From Candidatus Lindowbacteria bacterium RIFCSPLOWO2_12_FULL_62_27 (GTDB taxonomy: Bacteria; Lindowbacteria; 2-12-FULL-62-27): DNA of 64,000 nucleotides. A program made the position numbers and the translations under genes. The stretch lies in NCBI GenBank assembly GCA_001784175.1, contig MFPR01000020.1, positions 124,001-188,000 of the forward strand, given 5' to 3'. Below the pieces are notes generated by a model. That model worked only from the letters and a program-made list of their open reading frames with translations. It was not told the origin of the DNA and searched no databases. Each line of letters opens with the position of its first letter. The first letter of the stretch is position 1. This document shows, piece by piece, positions 9,197 to 22,004 of the stretch.

Positions 9197-12100
9197 ATGA
9201 CGAAGTCTCTCTCTTGCTCATTGTTCACCGTGATGGCTCTCTGTTTGGTCTGCGCGCCCGGCATTCCGGAAGCGCGGGCCGGTGCGGACGAGGACTACCA
9301 GACGGCCCTGACGTACCTGGATGACACCAGCAACCTCCACGTCGATTCGGCCCTGATCTACTTGCATTCCGCGCTCGCCTCCAGTCCCTCCCACGGCGCG
9401 GCCAACGTGTTCGCCGCCGTCCTCGAGTTCGCCCAGATGGTGGACGACCGCGCCCTCGTGGCCTACCGCAAGAGTTTCTCCAACAACGCCGACTCGGCGA
9501 GCTTGAGCGAGTACCTCTCGCGGCTCATCGGCCGGGAGGAGCATTTTGATTCGATGGTCGATTACCGCGACTACTCCTGGGGTTCCGACCCGGTGGCGTC
9601 GGATGTCCAGTCGATCCTCAACCACATTCTGGCCGACTCGATCCCTCACATCGAAAGCCACATCCTGACGGCGATCCAGACGAGCGCGGTTTTTGATTTC
9701 CCGAAGAACCTCATCGAAGAAGGCAAGCGAAGTGACACGTTCGAGATCGACAAGACCGAGCTCTACGCGCTCCATTCCGGGCTCCTCGCGATCAAGGCCC
9801 TTTTGGTGATCCTGACCTCCTACGATCTCGACGTCCGCGACACCCTTGACCGGATCCCCGACACTGTGAGCTGGGACGATTTCCGCGATTCCTACCCGAA
9901 CCTGCTCGGCGGCAAGGGCGACTGGGACACGGCCTGGGCGGCCCTCCAGCAAATCGATACGAACCTCTATGAAGGTCTGACCTACCTCAATTCCGAAAGC
10001 GATTCGCAGGATTCGGATTTCATCCGCCGCATCTCCAACGCCGATACGGACAACGACCGTTACATCAACGACACCCACTTGAGCGACGCGCTCGACTGGC
10101 ATTCCGACACCCTCCAGCGGCTCATCTACAAGGGTGATTCCCTCGCCGGTGACCCGGACGATGGCAACGAGGAACTGGACAGCTTCTATTTCGTCCCCAG
10201 CGCGCTCTTCGCCGCTCCCCCCGACCGGACGGATTTCGGGGGGCTGAGACTGGGCCCGCGCGGCCGGGGATTGGAATGGAACGACGAGGCGTGGATCGAT
10301 CCGACCTTCGGGGGCATCTTCCCGCGCATGACGCTCGACAACCTTTTCCTGCACGCGTTTCACCCGGACACGTTTTTCATCATCTCTTCCGAACAACAGA
10401 CGATTGATATCAACAGTCTCTTTCCATACTGGAACTGGACGCCTGAAATCATCGACCTCCGTTTCGACGCCGCCGCGCCCGTCACCCTCATCCGCCGCAA
10501 CAGCTACTACGACACGCGGCTCTGGAAAATCGACATCACGCCCAAGACCACCGGGTTCCACGTCCGGCTGCTGTTCGATCGCTTCGACGACGAGGATTTC
10601 TTCCCGTGGGAAACTTATAAAATCCACCGGTTCGGCGATTTCTCCGGCCCGACGCTCCGTGTGGTGCCATGGTCGGCGAGCGGCGGCCAGGCCTCGGACG
10701 CGGGGTCGTCCGCGTCCGCGTTCGACGCGAAATTCACGTCCTTCAAAGTCGCCAACTCGTGGCTCACCTATGGCGCCGACACCCTCCAGATGTATGCCAT
10801 GCGGAACGGCAAAGCCTTCTTTGACACGATCGCGTCTTCGACCATCATCCCCTCCTCCAATGACACGACTCTCGTGAGCGGCGCCGCCACTGAACTTGGC
10901 TGGTTCATCCCCGGTGCGCCCGCGACGCCGTCCGATTCGGTCCAGATCGTCGCAAATTACACGTGGCTTACCGGCGATACGGGTTCGCCGCTCTCCAGCG
11001 ATTTCGTCGTGAAGGTCTCGAAACGCAAGATATTCACGGATACGCGGTATGGATTCTTTACCGATACGAACACGGATGTCCCGCTCAGCGGAGAGACGGT
11101 CACGTTCAGCGTGGTCGATTATCCTTCCGGCGCGACGGGGTTCGATCTCGATACAGAATCCGCCGTGACGAACTCGTCCGGCTACGCATACACGCGGCTG
11201 ACGCTCGGAAACAAGCCCGGTGTCTACGTGGTGAAAGCGTCTCTCGTGGCGGCCAGCGGCGGCGCGGATGCCCTCATGTTCGGAGCGACAGCGGGGATCG
11301 CCTACTGGTATGGCGTGGCGGCCAAGACCGGCCCCTGGTTCATTTTCTCGCTCCCCCGGACACCTTCCAGCCTGGTTCCGTCCTCAGTCATCGAGTCGAG
11401 AACATTTTCCTCGGGTGACTGGAAGATGTACGAATACAATACGTCCGCCGGCGCATACGAAGTGCCGGCCGCGTTGGAGTTGGGCGCCGCCTACTGGCTG
11501 AAAACTCTCGATGAAGGTCTCATCGATCTGAGCGCCGCCTCATCGTTGAGCACGACGCAATATATCCCGCTCGCCGCCGGCTGGAATATGGTTGGAATTC
11601 CGTTTGAGCAGGCGTATTCGACAAGGAACCTGTTCGTGCAAACAGCGGCCGGCAATACCGTATCCATCGATACGGCCATCGACAGCGGGATTCTGGAGCG
11701 TTACTTTCACTCTTGGGATGGTTCCACCTATGACAAATGCCCCGACGAGACCTTTGACCGGTCTGGCTGCTACTTTTATCCCTACGAAGGTCAGTGGGTC
11801 TACGCCGCCCAAGCCTGCACCTTGGTCGCGCCGCCGGTCTCTACGGCGGCATTCACCGGGCCGCGGATCACCAGCGCCACCTATCGGGCGCCCAACTTTT
11901 CGGCAGGCATGGGCCGGTCGGCAAAACTGCTCTCAAGCGCGCCGCTGGCGCCCAAGAAAAGCGATGACTGGACCGTCCAGCTCATCGCGCGGAGCGGATC
12001 GTATTCGGACATGTCCAACGCCATAGGCGTCCGGCCGACTTCGGTGGAACCGATCCGCAAGGCGCCCAAACCTCCGGCCGGGGTACATCTGGCGATACGG

Positions 12101-12529
12101 TCGGCGGGGACCGGCTACTCGTCGCTCTTCGCTTCGCCCGCCGATCCGCGCGAATGGGAGTTCGATGTTACGTCCACGTCGGCCGGCGTGGTCCACGTCA
12201 GCGCGGCGAACATCGAGTCCGTCCCGGACGACGTGCCGCTGACCCTCATGGATCAGTCGACCGGCCACAAGGTTGATCTGCGGCAAAGCGCGTCCTATTC
12301 GTATTTCTCCGGCGCCGCCGAATCGCGTTCGTTCCTCCTGTCGACCGGCGGGTTTAGCGTCCTTGATAAGCTCGCCTATCCCGCCGCGTGCGTCGTCCGG
12401 CGCGCGGTCGGATTTGACGGCGCCGTCACGGAGTTGCTCCGGCGGTGGCGCGACGGCTGGCTCGCAAACTCCTTCGGCCGGCGCCTCACGCGTACCTATT
12501 ACGGCTGGTTTGGGTCTCCGCTGCCATGA
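9197..12529 (+). CDS. Large secreted/surface protein with Big_1-like Ig domain and C-terminal CFI-box-CTERM-like segment
   Basis: Signal peptide ending EARA; VPLSGETVTFSV..AVTNSSGYAYTRLTLG; LAAGWNMVGIP; C-terminal CVVRRAVG..LRRWRD..GRRLTRTYY. Confidence 0.75.
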   Translation: MTKSLSCSLFTVMALCLVCAPGIPEARAGADEDYQTALTYLDDTSNLHVDSALIYLHSALASSPSHGAANVFAAVLEFAQMVDDRALVAYRKSFSNNADSASLSEYLSRLIGREEHFDSMVDYRDYSWGSDPVASDVQSILNHILADSIPHIESHILTAIQTSAVFDFPKNLIEEGKRSDTFEIDKTELYALHSGLLAIKALLVILTSYDLDVRDTLDRIPDTVSWDDFRDSYPNLLGGKGDWDTAWAALQQIDTNLYEGLTYLNSESDSQDSDFIRRISNADTDNDRYINDTHLSDALDWHSDTLQRLIYKGDSLAGDPDDGNEELDSFYFVPSALFAAPPDRTDFGGLRLGPRGRGLEWNDEAWIDPTFGGIFPRMTLDNLFLHAFHPDTFFIISSEQQTIDINSLFPYWNWTPEIIDLRFDAAAPVTLIRRNSYYDTRLWKIDITPKTTGFHVRLLFDRFDDEDFFPWETYKIHRFGDFSGPTLRVVPWSASGGQASDAGSSASAFDAKFTSFKVANSWLTYGADTLQMYAMRNGKAFFDTIASSTIIPSSNDTTLVSGAATELGWFIPGAPATPSDSVQIVANYTWLTGDTGSPLSSDFVVKVSKRKIFTDTRYGFFTDTNTDVPLSGETVTFSVVDYPSGATGFDLDTESAVTNSSGYAYTRLTLGNKPGVYVVKASLVAASGGADALMFGATAGIAYWYGVAAKTGPWFIFSLPRTPSSLVPSSVIESRTFSSGDWKMYEYNTSAGAYEVPAALELGAAYWLKTLDEGLIDLSAASSLSTTQYIPLAAGWNMVGIPFEQAYSTRNLFVQTAAGNTVSIDTAIDSGILERYFHSWDGSTYDKCPDETFDRSGCYFYPYEGQWVYAAQACTLVAPPVSTAAFTGPRITSATYRAPNFSAGMGRSAKLLSSAPLAPKKSDDWTVQLIARSGSYSDMSNAIGVRPTSVEPIRKAPKPPAGVHLAIRSAGTGYSSLFASPADPREWEFDVTSTSAGVVHVSAANIESVPDDVPLTLMDQSTGHKVDLRQSASYSYFSGAAESRSFLLSTGGFSVLDKLAYPAACVVRRAVGFDGAVTELLRRWRDGWLANSFGRRLTRTYYGWFGSPLP

Positions 12530-13995
12530 CCGCCTTGCGAATTTCTCTATGGATGTTTCTCCTGTTATCCCTGACCTGTTATCCATTGCCGTCGTATGCC
12601 CAGCAGTCCGAAGAGGAGGCGCGCGTCGGGATGGTCGAGTCGGTCGAGGAGATGCGCTACACGGAGGAACTGACCGCCACCGCGTTCCGCGCGCGGCGCG
12701 ACAAACTCGGCTGGTTGTTCGATTACGGATACACCGCCGGCTTTTCCTACACCGCCGCTGAGGAGGGCGACCGCGACCGGACCTCGCAGGACGATCCGGA
12801 CCACACGTGGGACCACGAGTTCAATATCTTCGGCGCGGTCGCGAGCGTCGACCGCAAGGCCAAGGTTTATGCGCGCGCGAAAACGGTCTACACCGACAAC
12901 GCCAAGATTTCGCCCACCACGCGGGAGTCGGACGTCGACCAGCCGAAAATCGACATGATGTATTACGAGCGCGTCTTCAAGGGGCAGCGCCTCAAACACA
13001 CGCTGACGGTCGGCCGGCAGTTCTACAAGTTCGGCCGCGGGATCGCCTACGGCCTGACCGCCGACGGGTTTTTGTGGGAGTCGAAGGGCCGGAAAATGCA
13101 GATCAACGCGATGTTTTCGCGGCAAAAACCCGGCGACAACAATATTGACAACCTCGCGCCCGGATCGGGACGCACCAAACGATGGTTTTTCGGCGGCGAG
13201 TACAAACACAAATTCAAAGGATGGCTCAAGCTCGACGTGTTCGGGCTCATGAACATCGACCGCAACACCGAAGAAGCCTACGCGCCCGCCGCCGGACTCG
13301 TCCAGCGCAGCCAGTTCGATTCCCGGTATTTCGGGCTGGGGCTGGATGGGACGTTTTTCTCCAAACTCAATTACTGGTGGGAATACATCGTCGTTCAGGG
13401 AAAAACCTACAATGCCGCCCTGGCCGCCGCCGCGGCGTCCAAGGTCAGCGTGAACGCGGACGCGCTCGATTTCGGTCTCCGCTATCTCTTCGGCGGCGAC
13501 CTCGCGCCCACGCTCTTCACCGAATACGCCTTCGGCAGCGGCGATGCCGACCGCGGAAATAATGTCACCTCCTCCAGTTTCGGATCGCAGTTCGGCAAGG
13601 ACTCGGTGTTCCGGTCGTTTGGCGGCCTGCCCATGGGTCACGCGCTGGCCCCAAGCCTTGCCAATATCCGCATCGGCAAAATCGGCGGTAGCGTCCAGCC
13701 CTTCGGCCGGATGGCCTCGGCGCGGTGGAATGATATGACCCTCAACTTGACCGCCTACACCTACTGGGCCGACGCCCCGGGCGGCCCGACGTCCGACGGA
13801 GGGAAGATTTTTCCGACGGTGGCGTCGGAAGCCTCGGACGATGTCGGCGACGAATATGACCTCACGGTCTCATGGAAATTCTTTAACGACGTCAACTACC
13901 AGCTCAAATGGGGCGTCTTCATGCCGGGCCCCGCCTACGGCGGCAATCGCGCGCATGAAGAGTACATGAAACTGAAAGTGTCGTTCGACTTATGA
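12526..13995 (+). CDS. Outer-membrane beta-barrel protein (alginate export-like)
   Basis: Signal peptide, alternating aromatic beta-strands, TVGRQ, YAFGSGD, DVGDEYDL, C-terminal KLKVSFDL; ATGA overlap with upstream gene. Confidence 0.72.
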   Translation: MTALRISLWMFLLLSLTCYPLPSYAQQSEEEARVGMVESVEEMRYTEELTATAFRARRDKLGWLFDYGYTAGFSYTAAEEGDRDRTSQDDPDHTWDHEFNIFGAVASVDRKAKVYARAKTVYTDNAKISPTTRESDVDQPKIDMMYYERVFKGQRLKHTLTVGRQFYKFGRGIAYGLTADGFLWESKGRKMQINAMFSRQKPGDNNIDNLAPGSGRTKRWFFGGEYKHKFKGWLKLDVFGLMNIDRNTEEAYAPAAGLVQRSQFDSRYFGLGLDGTFFSKLNYWWEYIVVQGKTYNAALAAAAASKVSVNADALDFGLRYLFGGDLAPTLFTEYAFGSGDADRGNNVTSSSFGSQFGKDSVFRSFGGLPMGHALAPSLANIRIGKIGGSVQPFGRMASARWNDMTLNLTAYTYWADAPGGPTSDGGKIFPTVASEASDDVGDEYDLTVSWKFFNDVNYQLKWGVFMPGPAYGGNRAHEEYMKLKVSFDL

Positions 13996-14474
13996 GGACG
14001 ATCGTAATTATTCTCCTCCTCCTGACCTCCGGTCTCACCGGCTGGGCGCAGAGCGAAAACGATTTTTACCGGGACATGATCAAAAAACCGGTCGCGTCCA
14101 AGGAGGACCTGGTCCGGGCCGTGGCGAGATTCCGGGGATACCGCGGGCCGGACATGGCGCAGGAGGAGGCGCAGCACCTCCTGAACCAGGGCGTGCGGTT
14201 CAGGAAGAGCATCATGAAGGCCATTCGCGCGCCGGTCACGAAGGGCGAGGCTGTCAACCTGTTTTTGAACGCGATGGACTCCGCCGCCGACCAGCGCGGC
14301 CTCATGGGCCGGCTGTTCACCCGGAGCGTCCGCTACGCCGCGCGTGACGGGATGGCGCAGAAGTTGCTCCCGTCGGGCAGCTACGCGCACGAATTCATGA
14401 GCGGCGCCGAGCTTTTGGCCATGCTCGGCCGCGCGGTCGAACAAGCGCAGAAGAAGGGAGGCGCCGCGCCATGA
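13992..14474 (+). CDS. Exported hypothetical protein, SLH-like motifs
   Basis: Signal peptide; PVTKGEAV and MSGAELLAML segments; coupled to both neighbours by ATGA overlaps. Confidence 0.65.
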   Translation: MRTIVIILLLLTSGLTGWAQSENDFYRDMIKKPVASKEDLVRAVARFRGYRGPDMAQEEAQHLLNQGVRFRKSIMKAIRAPVTKGEAVNLFLNAMDSAADQRGLMGRLFTRSVRYAARDGMAQKLLPSGSYAHEFMSGAELLAMLGRAVEQAQKKGGAAP

Positions 14475-15613
14475 GAACGCTCCGCAGGGTTTCACTGGTT
14501 GTCCTCTGTTGCCTGACTCATCCCGCTCACGCGGCCGAACAGAAAACCGCGCTGATCGGCACGATCGCCGAATCGGCCGGCGCCGTCGAGGTGCTCAAAC
14601 GCGGCAGCACGGAATGGGTCCGCGTGACGGTCGGCACAAAAGTCGGCACGGGGGACCAGATCAACACGGGGATCGATGGCCGGGCCGTTTTGAAATTCGA
14701 CAACAGCGCAACCGAAATCCGGCCGCTCACACAATTCGTCGTCGGGCGCGCCATGCAGGACGACAAGGAATTCACCACCGAGATGTTCCTGCAGGTCGGC
14801 AAGCTCGTGAATTCGGTGGACAAGGAGAGCGGCAAGAAGAACAAATTCACGGTGACGACGCCCACGGCCGTCGCGGGGATCCGCGGCACTCAGCAGGAAA
14901 TCGGATTCGGCGAGGGATTCGGCACGGAATGCAAGATTGAGGACGGCGAAGGTTACATGGCGCCCGTTCAGGCCGAAAAGTTGCCGCCGGCCGTGCAGAT
15001 GGCCCTCGGCGTCGGGCCGGCCGCCGCAGCGGCGCCGGCGGGTCTTGCCGCCGGAGGCGAACCCAGGGCGGAAGCCGGAGCGCCGGGCGCCGGCGGTCCG
15101 CCTGGTGCGGGCGGCGCCGTCTCAGAAGCCGCAACAGGCGCGGCCGGCGGTGGACAGGCAACGGCCGAAGCGGTCGCTGCGGCGCTCGACAATTGGCTGC
15201 AGGCTTCCTTTGACGACAAGGTTGCCGGTGAAGAGGGCGGCGCCGAAGAAGCGCCTGCCGAGGAGATTCCGCTGGAGGAGGCGCAAGGCGGAGAAGAAAT
15301 TGTGATCGGCGACGGTGAGGAGGCTGGAGTCAGAGATCCGGACGATGTCGAGGGTAACGTGGACCCGCTGGACGTCATCCTCGTGCAATCTGTGACCAAC
15401 ATCACCTCGGCCGCCGCGTCCGAGGCCGAACAGGAAGCCGCGCTGATCTCAACGGAAGTCTCCGATGTGCCGGCGTCCGAAACCGCACTGGACGAGGCCG
15501 AAAAAGCCGCCGAGGAGGTCGCAAAGGACGTCGGTCAGACGACGGGCGACGGAACGACCACAGCGGAACTGGAGGATCTTTTCGGCAACCCGCCCGCTCA
15601 CCCAACAAATTAG
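14471..15613 (+). CDS. FecR-domain exported protein with long acidic Ala/Gly-rich tail
   Basis: GDQINTGIDGRA, FTVTTPTAVAGIRGT. Confidence 0.82.
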   Translation: MRTLRRVSLVVLCCLTHPAHAAEQKTALIGTIAESAGAVEVLKRGSTEWVRVTVGTKVGTGDQINTGIDGRAVLKFDNSATEIRPLTQFVVGRAMQDDKEFTTEMFLQVGKLVNSVDKESGKKNKFTVTTPTAVAGIRGTQQEIGFGEGFGTECKIEDGEGYMAPVQAEKLPPAVQMALGVGPAAAAAPAGLAAGGEPRAEAGAPGAGGPPGAGGAVSEAATGAAGGGQATAEAVAAALDNWLQASFDDKVAGEEGGAEEAPAEEIPLEEAQGGEEIVIGDGEEAGVRDPDDVEGNVDPLDVILVQSVTNITSAAASEAEQEAALISTEVSDVPASETALDEAEKAAEEVAKDVGQTTGDGTTTAELEDLFGNPPAHPTN

Positions 15614-15620
15614 CTTACAG

Positions 15621-17578
<1,958 letters not shown>

Positions 17579-17582
<4 letters not shown>

Positions 17583-18196
17583 TTCAGGCCCGCCGCTTGC
17601 GACTCGACCGCCGCCACCGCCGCCTCCTCCGCCGCCTTCACCTGCGCCTCCGTGCCCGACATCCACAACCGCCCGTAGACGCCGCGCACCCGCGCGTCGA
17701 TCAGCCGGATCGACCCGATCGCCTTCTCGGCTGCGTTCGCCGCCAGCACGCTGTTCACCGCCGGCTGGACCTCGAGAATAAACAGGGATTCACCCGCCAC
17801 GATCATGTTCCCGTACCGGTCCCGGTTCAGGACCTGCGCGTGATAGGGATTGATGCCGGTGATGATCTGGCTGGTGAGGATTTTCGGCTTGAGGACGTCC
17901 TTCAGGGTGAGCCGGTAGTGGTCCAGCACCTTTTGCGCGGAATTTCGGACCTCCTCCTGCGAGTACGAGTGAAACTCCAGGATCCCGAACTCGCGCTCCT
18001 CAATCAGCGTCGCCGGCCGGACCTCCGTCTGCTTGAGCGCAATGTCCGCCACCCGGTTGATCTCCACGCCGGGGATGACCTCGATCCACTGCGAGGCCAT
18101 CCCCTCCACCGGGATGTCCCCCACGGCGGTCTTGGCCATGAGCGTCGCCAGTTGCGGCTGCAATCGGTCCAGATACACGTACGATCGGAGTTCCAT
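17579..18196 (-). CDS. Bacterial microcompartment tandem-domain shell protein (BMC-T, CcmP/CsoS1D-like)
   Basis: [56 protein letters not shown] match the permuted double-stacking BMC-T pattern. Confidence 0.88.
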
Positions 18197-18269
18197 CTGA
18201 AGCCGCCAAACTAATATAGGGCGGCTCAAAATGAAAGATCATACTCCTCAAAAGGAAAGCATACCGGCG

Positions 18270-19505
18270 TCAGTTGAACAAATATTTCAAAATATCGCCG
18301 ACCCGCGCGGACCACGCGCGCTCCGAATGATCCGCGCCCTCCGCGACGAACTCCATGAAGTCCCGGCCGCGCGCGTATCCCTTTTTCTCGAGAAGACTGC
18401 CGAGCCGCCGGAGCGTGTCGACGTTGAATTCCGGATGGCCGCCCTCGGCGGTGCCCATATCGATCCACAGCCGGGAAATTTTCGGAGGCCGCTGCGACCG
18501 CTCGATCCGCCGGAAAATCTCGCCGTCGGCCCACCAGAGCGCCGGGGAGACGACGCCGGCGCGGGAAAAAACGTCCGACCTCTCCCACGCCAGGCGCAGC
18601 GACAGAAGCCCGCCAAGGGACGATCCCATGACCGCCGTGTGCTCGCGGCCGCGCTTCGTCCGGTAGACGCGGTCGATGTATGGCTTGACTTCCTCGATCA
18701 GAAACTTCTCGTACAACCGCCCGCGCCCGCCCTGCCCGTGTCCGGTGTCGACGGCGGTCGTGTATTCGCTCATCCGGTCGTCGCTGTTCCAGACGGCGAC
18801 GACGATCACCGGCGGAATTTCGCCGCTCTCGATCAACTCTTGGCACCGCTCGTCGATCCCCCACTCGACGCCGATGACCGACGAATGAGCGTCAAAGGCG
18901 TTCTGGCCGTCGTGAACGTACAGCACCGGGTATCGGGCCTTCGACGTCTCGTATCCGGGCGGCAGATACACGGCGATCGTCCGCTCGTTGCCGAGATGCC
19001 GGGAGCCGAACCGCTCGTGAAACCGGATGTCTCCTGTCAACGTCGACGCCGGGCGCGGAGCCGCGTCGGCCCAAGCGGCCACGTCGGCGCGCACAACAAC
19101 GCCGTCCCTGCCGTGTTCGCTTGCCGCCGGGACGACAAAAAGACGGTTTGGAATATCCTCGTAGGCGGAGTCCTTCTCAACCGTCGACCACGATCCCCGC
19201 GTGATCTTGTACTCCAGGACCGACCCCGCCGGCAGCCGCGCGACGCCGACCGCCAGATCGTGCCCGTTCCGATCGAGCGCCATCCCGTCCGGCCTCCACG
19301 CGCCCGCTTCCTTCAGATTGCCCGAAAGGTAGATCGTGTCCGGGGAAGATACGGCCGGAAACCGGACCTCGAACCGGACAGCGACCCGCGCCTCCGCAGC
19401 AGCCTTCCGGTTCTCCACTTTCCTCGTCCTTGTTGTTTTGCTCGACACGCTTACCCCTCCCGCCAACAGGACGGCCAAGGCCGCCCCAAGAATGATGTGG
19501 ACCAT
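18270..19505 (-). CDS. Alpha/beta-hydrolase (esterase family) with N-terminal CBM20-like domain
   Basis: IYLSGN..GAW, EYKITRGSW, YPVLYVHDGQN, GSSLGG nucleophile elbow, HSERAW. Confidence 0.87.
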   Translation of the reverse strand: MVHIILGAALAVLLAGGVSVSSKTTRTRKVENRKAAAEARVAVRFEVRFPAVSSPDTIYLSGNLKEAGAWRPDGMALDRNGHDLAVGVARLPAGSVLEYKITRGSWSTVEKDSAYEDIPNRLFVVPAASEHGRDGVVVRADVAAWADAAPRPASTLTGDIRFHERFGSRHLGNERTIAVYLPPGYETSKARYPVLYVHDGQNAFDAHSSVIGVEWGIDERCQELIESGEIPPVIVVAVWNSDDRMSEYTTAVDTGHGQGGRGRLYEKFLIEEVKPYIDRVYRTKRGREHTAVMGSSLGGLLSLRLAWERSDVFSRAGVVSPALWWADGEIFRRIERSQRPPKISRLWIDMGTAEGGHPEFNVDTLRRLGSLLEKKGYARGRDFMEFVAEGADHSERAWSARVGDILKYLFN

Positions 19506-19649
19506 AAGAAGGGCATCGAATCACAGACCAAAAGAGGGATCAACCGTTTACGTGTCGCCGGAAGGTGTCACAGGTGCTTATTCAGAAACTCGATGACATC
19601 TGTTTTTCAGCGGCCTGTTATGGCGCGGAATTTGGTACACTGGCCGCCA

Positions 19650-21056
19650 ATGAAAATGTCCCGGAGGTTGCGGCTGGTCTTTGTGATTCTGCTTGCGGCT
19701 GTGGCGGTGGTCATTGCGGTGGCTTGTATGTGGGGTCCCCGGTGGGCGATCGAGTATCTGAACCGGCCGGACACGGATCTCAGGCGGAAGATTTCCGAAA
19801 CGCTGTCCGGCGCGCTCGGCGAGCCCGTGCGGCTGGCGTTCACGGTATCGGATGCGCGGCTCACACCCGCGTTCAAGATTGAAATTGAGCTTTCGCCTGT
19901 CGAAATATCCTCCCCAACCTTTGACCGGCTGGGCGGCCGGATTGACGCCGCTTTCTTTGAAATACCGCTGATCGAATGCATTCTCCACCGCACGGCGCGG
20001 GTCGACCGGGTGCGCGTGCATGCGCCGTTTCTTCGGATCAGTCCGGAACCGAACGGTTCATGGCCCTTCCAAACACGTCCCGGATCCGTCCACGACAACA
20101 CCCCGCCGAAGACAGCGGTGGCCCCTTCGAACCGGCCTCCGCCGGGATTGCCGGAAATGGAATTGCGGATCGATTCGGCGATGGTGCGATTTCGGGCGCC
20201 TCCGGAAAATTCGGACTGGCACCATCTCCAACACATCAATGTCCAAATCCTCCCGGCGCAGAAACCCGGCGTATTCCTTCTGGACGGCCGCATTCGTTCC
20301 ATCAATGGCTACCCCGCCGGCCTCGCCTTTCGCGCCGGCCCTGACCTCGCACGGCCGGGCGCATGGAAGGGTCATATCGAGGCCGAGCAGATCGTCCTGA
20401 AAGAAAACGTCCGATTGTCGGGAAATGCGGACATCCAGGTCGACCTGCATAACGTGTCGGACAATCTCAAAACGATGTCGGGGTCCGTGTCACTCTCCGG
20501 AACCTCCGTGCGCGTGATCGGCCTGCCGACCTTCAGCGCGCTCGCGCATACCCTGAACGACATCGCGGACGCGCTCGGAAAAATCCTCGAAGGCCGATGG
20601 ATCGCGTCGCTCTCGGACCTCCTGGACCGCGTCACGCGGTCGAAACAGACCCTGGTCACGGAACAGGGAACAACGGCGTTCGACCGCGTGGTCGCGGAGG
20701 CGCGAATCGCCGATGGCCGGGCGCAAATCGACCGCGCGCGCTTTGAAAACGCCGAGATGGACATCTCCGCCGAGGGATCCGTCGGACTGGAAAAAGGGGA
20801 AATGGATCTCACCACCCGGATCACCTTCCGGGCGCCGGCGCTGCAGAAGGTCGAATCGCGCCTCGCGCGCGCCGCCCTCGCGCGGGGATTCGTCCTTCAC
20901 ATCCGCGGGACCCTCGACCGTCCGGTATTCGACAAGGAGTCCGTCCTCAAACCGTTTTTGCGCGAAGCGAAAGAGAAAATTCTGAATGGAAAGGTGGGCG
21001 ATTTCCTCTTCAAAAAGTTGGGCGTGCGCCGTTCAGGGAACGATGTCCAGCAATAA
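19650..21056 (+). CDS. AsmA-like protein
   Basis: N-terminal TM anchor, beta-rich body, C-terminal ISAEGSVGL..LHIRGTLDRP; real start at MKMSRR, not the 941-aa ORF start. Confidence 0.72.
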   Translation: MKMSRRLRLVFVILLAAVAVVIAVACMWGPRWAIEYLNRPDTDLRRKISETLSGALGEPVRLAFTVSDARLTPAFKIEIELSPVEISSPTFDRLGGRIDAAFFEIPLIECILHRTARVDRVRVHAPFLRISPEPNGSWPFQTRPGSVHDNTPPKTAVAPSNRPPPGLPEMELRIDSAMVRFRAPPENSDWHHLQHINVQILPAQKPGVFLLDGRIRSINGYPAGLAFRAGPDLARPGAWKGHIEAEQIVLKENVRLSGNADIQVDLHNVSDNLKTMSGSVSLSGTSVRVIGLPTFSALAHTLNDIADALGKILEGRWIASLSDLLDRVTRSKQTLVTEQGTTAFDRVVAEARIADGRAQIDRARFENAEMDISAEGSVGLEKGEMDLTTRITFRAPALQKVESRLARAALARGFVLHIRGTLDRPVFDKESVLKPFLREAKEKILNGKVGDFLFKKLGVRRSGNDVQQ

Positions 21057-22004
21057 CCCGACGTTGAGCGCGAACCCCGTGGCCGCGATCGCCTTTCCGT
21101 ACGCGTCCGCCAGCCGGTCGTACCGGCCGCCCGAGGCGATCGGCTGGCCGATCCGGCGCGCATAGGCTTCAAAGACGGCGCCGGTGTAATAGTCGAGGGA
21201 TTGAACCACGCCGAGATCCACGGTGGCGCGCTCGCCCAGGCCGCCCTTCGATTCCGGCACGGCCAGCGATTCGTAGACGCGACGCAGGGTCCCCAGACCC
21301 TCACGGCTTCGATCGCTCTCCACCCTTGACTCGGCGAGTCCGAATACTTCCCGGCCGCCAAACCACGATGGCATCGATTCGAGCGCGCGCATCTTGGGAT
21401 CCGGCAGACCCGATTTTCCAAGCGCCATTTTGAGTGCGCCGGAATCCTTGCGGTGAATCGCCTCCCGAATGTCGGCCAGCACGTCCGCGGGAATTTGCGT
21501 GCCGTCCACGATGCCCTTGAAGACCTCGACGGTGCCGAGATCCACGTGAAAGTCCGACAGGCCGACGGCCCGGAGGGTCCGGGCGAGGACCCGGACGATC
21601 TCGATGTCGGTCTCCACGCCGCTTCCGCCGAGAATCTCCGCGCCGATCTGCGCGACCTCCACGATGCCGCCGGTCAGTTTCTGCCGGCGAAACACGACGC
21701 CCGTGTAGAAAAGCCGGGCCGGCAGCTCGAAGGATTCCTGCGTGGCGATGAACCGGATGAGCGAGGCGGTGTGATCGTACCGGAGACCCAGGAGCCGGCC
21801 GTCGGGCGCGACGAATTTGCAGCGGTCGTCCGCGCCGCCGGCCGCATCCTCTGCAGGCGCGTATTCCAGCGTCGGCAGCTCAATCGGAGAAAATCCGGCC
21901 TCCGACAAACTCGTAGACGCGGCGCGCTCGATTTTCTGTTTCTTGATCGCCAGCGCCGGCGGAAGGCACAAGCCTCCCTCGGGCCAGCCCAACCCGTTGG
22001 CCAT
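21033..22004 (-). CDS. hisZ: ATP phosphoribosyltransferase regulatory subunit
   Basis: LRYDHTAS, QIGAEILG, LDYYTGAVFE, SGGRYDRL; lacks the HisRS anticodon domain. Confidence 0.9.
   Translation of the reverse strand: MANGLGWPEGGLCLPPALAIKKQKIERAASTSLSEAGFSPIELPTLEYAPAEDAAGGADDRCKFVAPDGRLLGLRYDHTASLIRFIATQESFELPARLFYTGVVFRRQKLTGGIVEVAQIGAEILGGSGVETDIEIVRVLARTLRAVGLSDFHVDLGTVEVFKGIVDGTQIPADVLADIREAIHRKDSGALKMALGKSGLPDPKMRALESMPSWFGGREVFGLAESRVESDRSREGLGTLRRVYESLAVPESKGGLGERATVDLGVVQSLDYYTGAVFEAYARRIGQPIASGGRYDRLADAYGKAIAATGFALNVGLLLDIVP

Noticed and set aside
18231-19649. N-terminal half of the 941-aa + strand ORF
   Set aside because: Antisense shadow of the CBM20 esterase; the real AsmA-like gene starts near 19650
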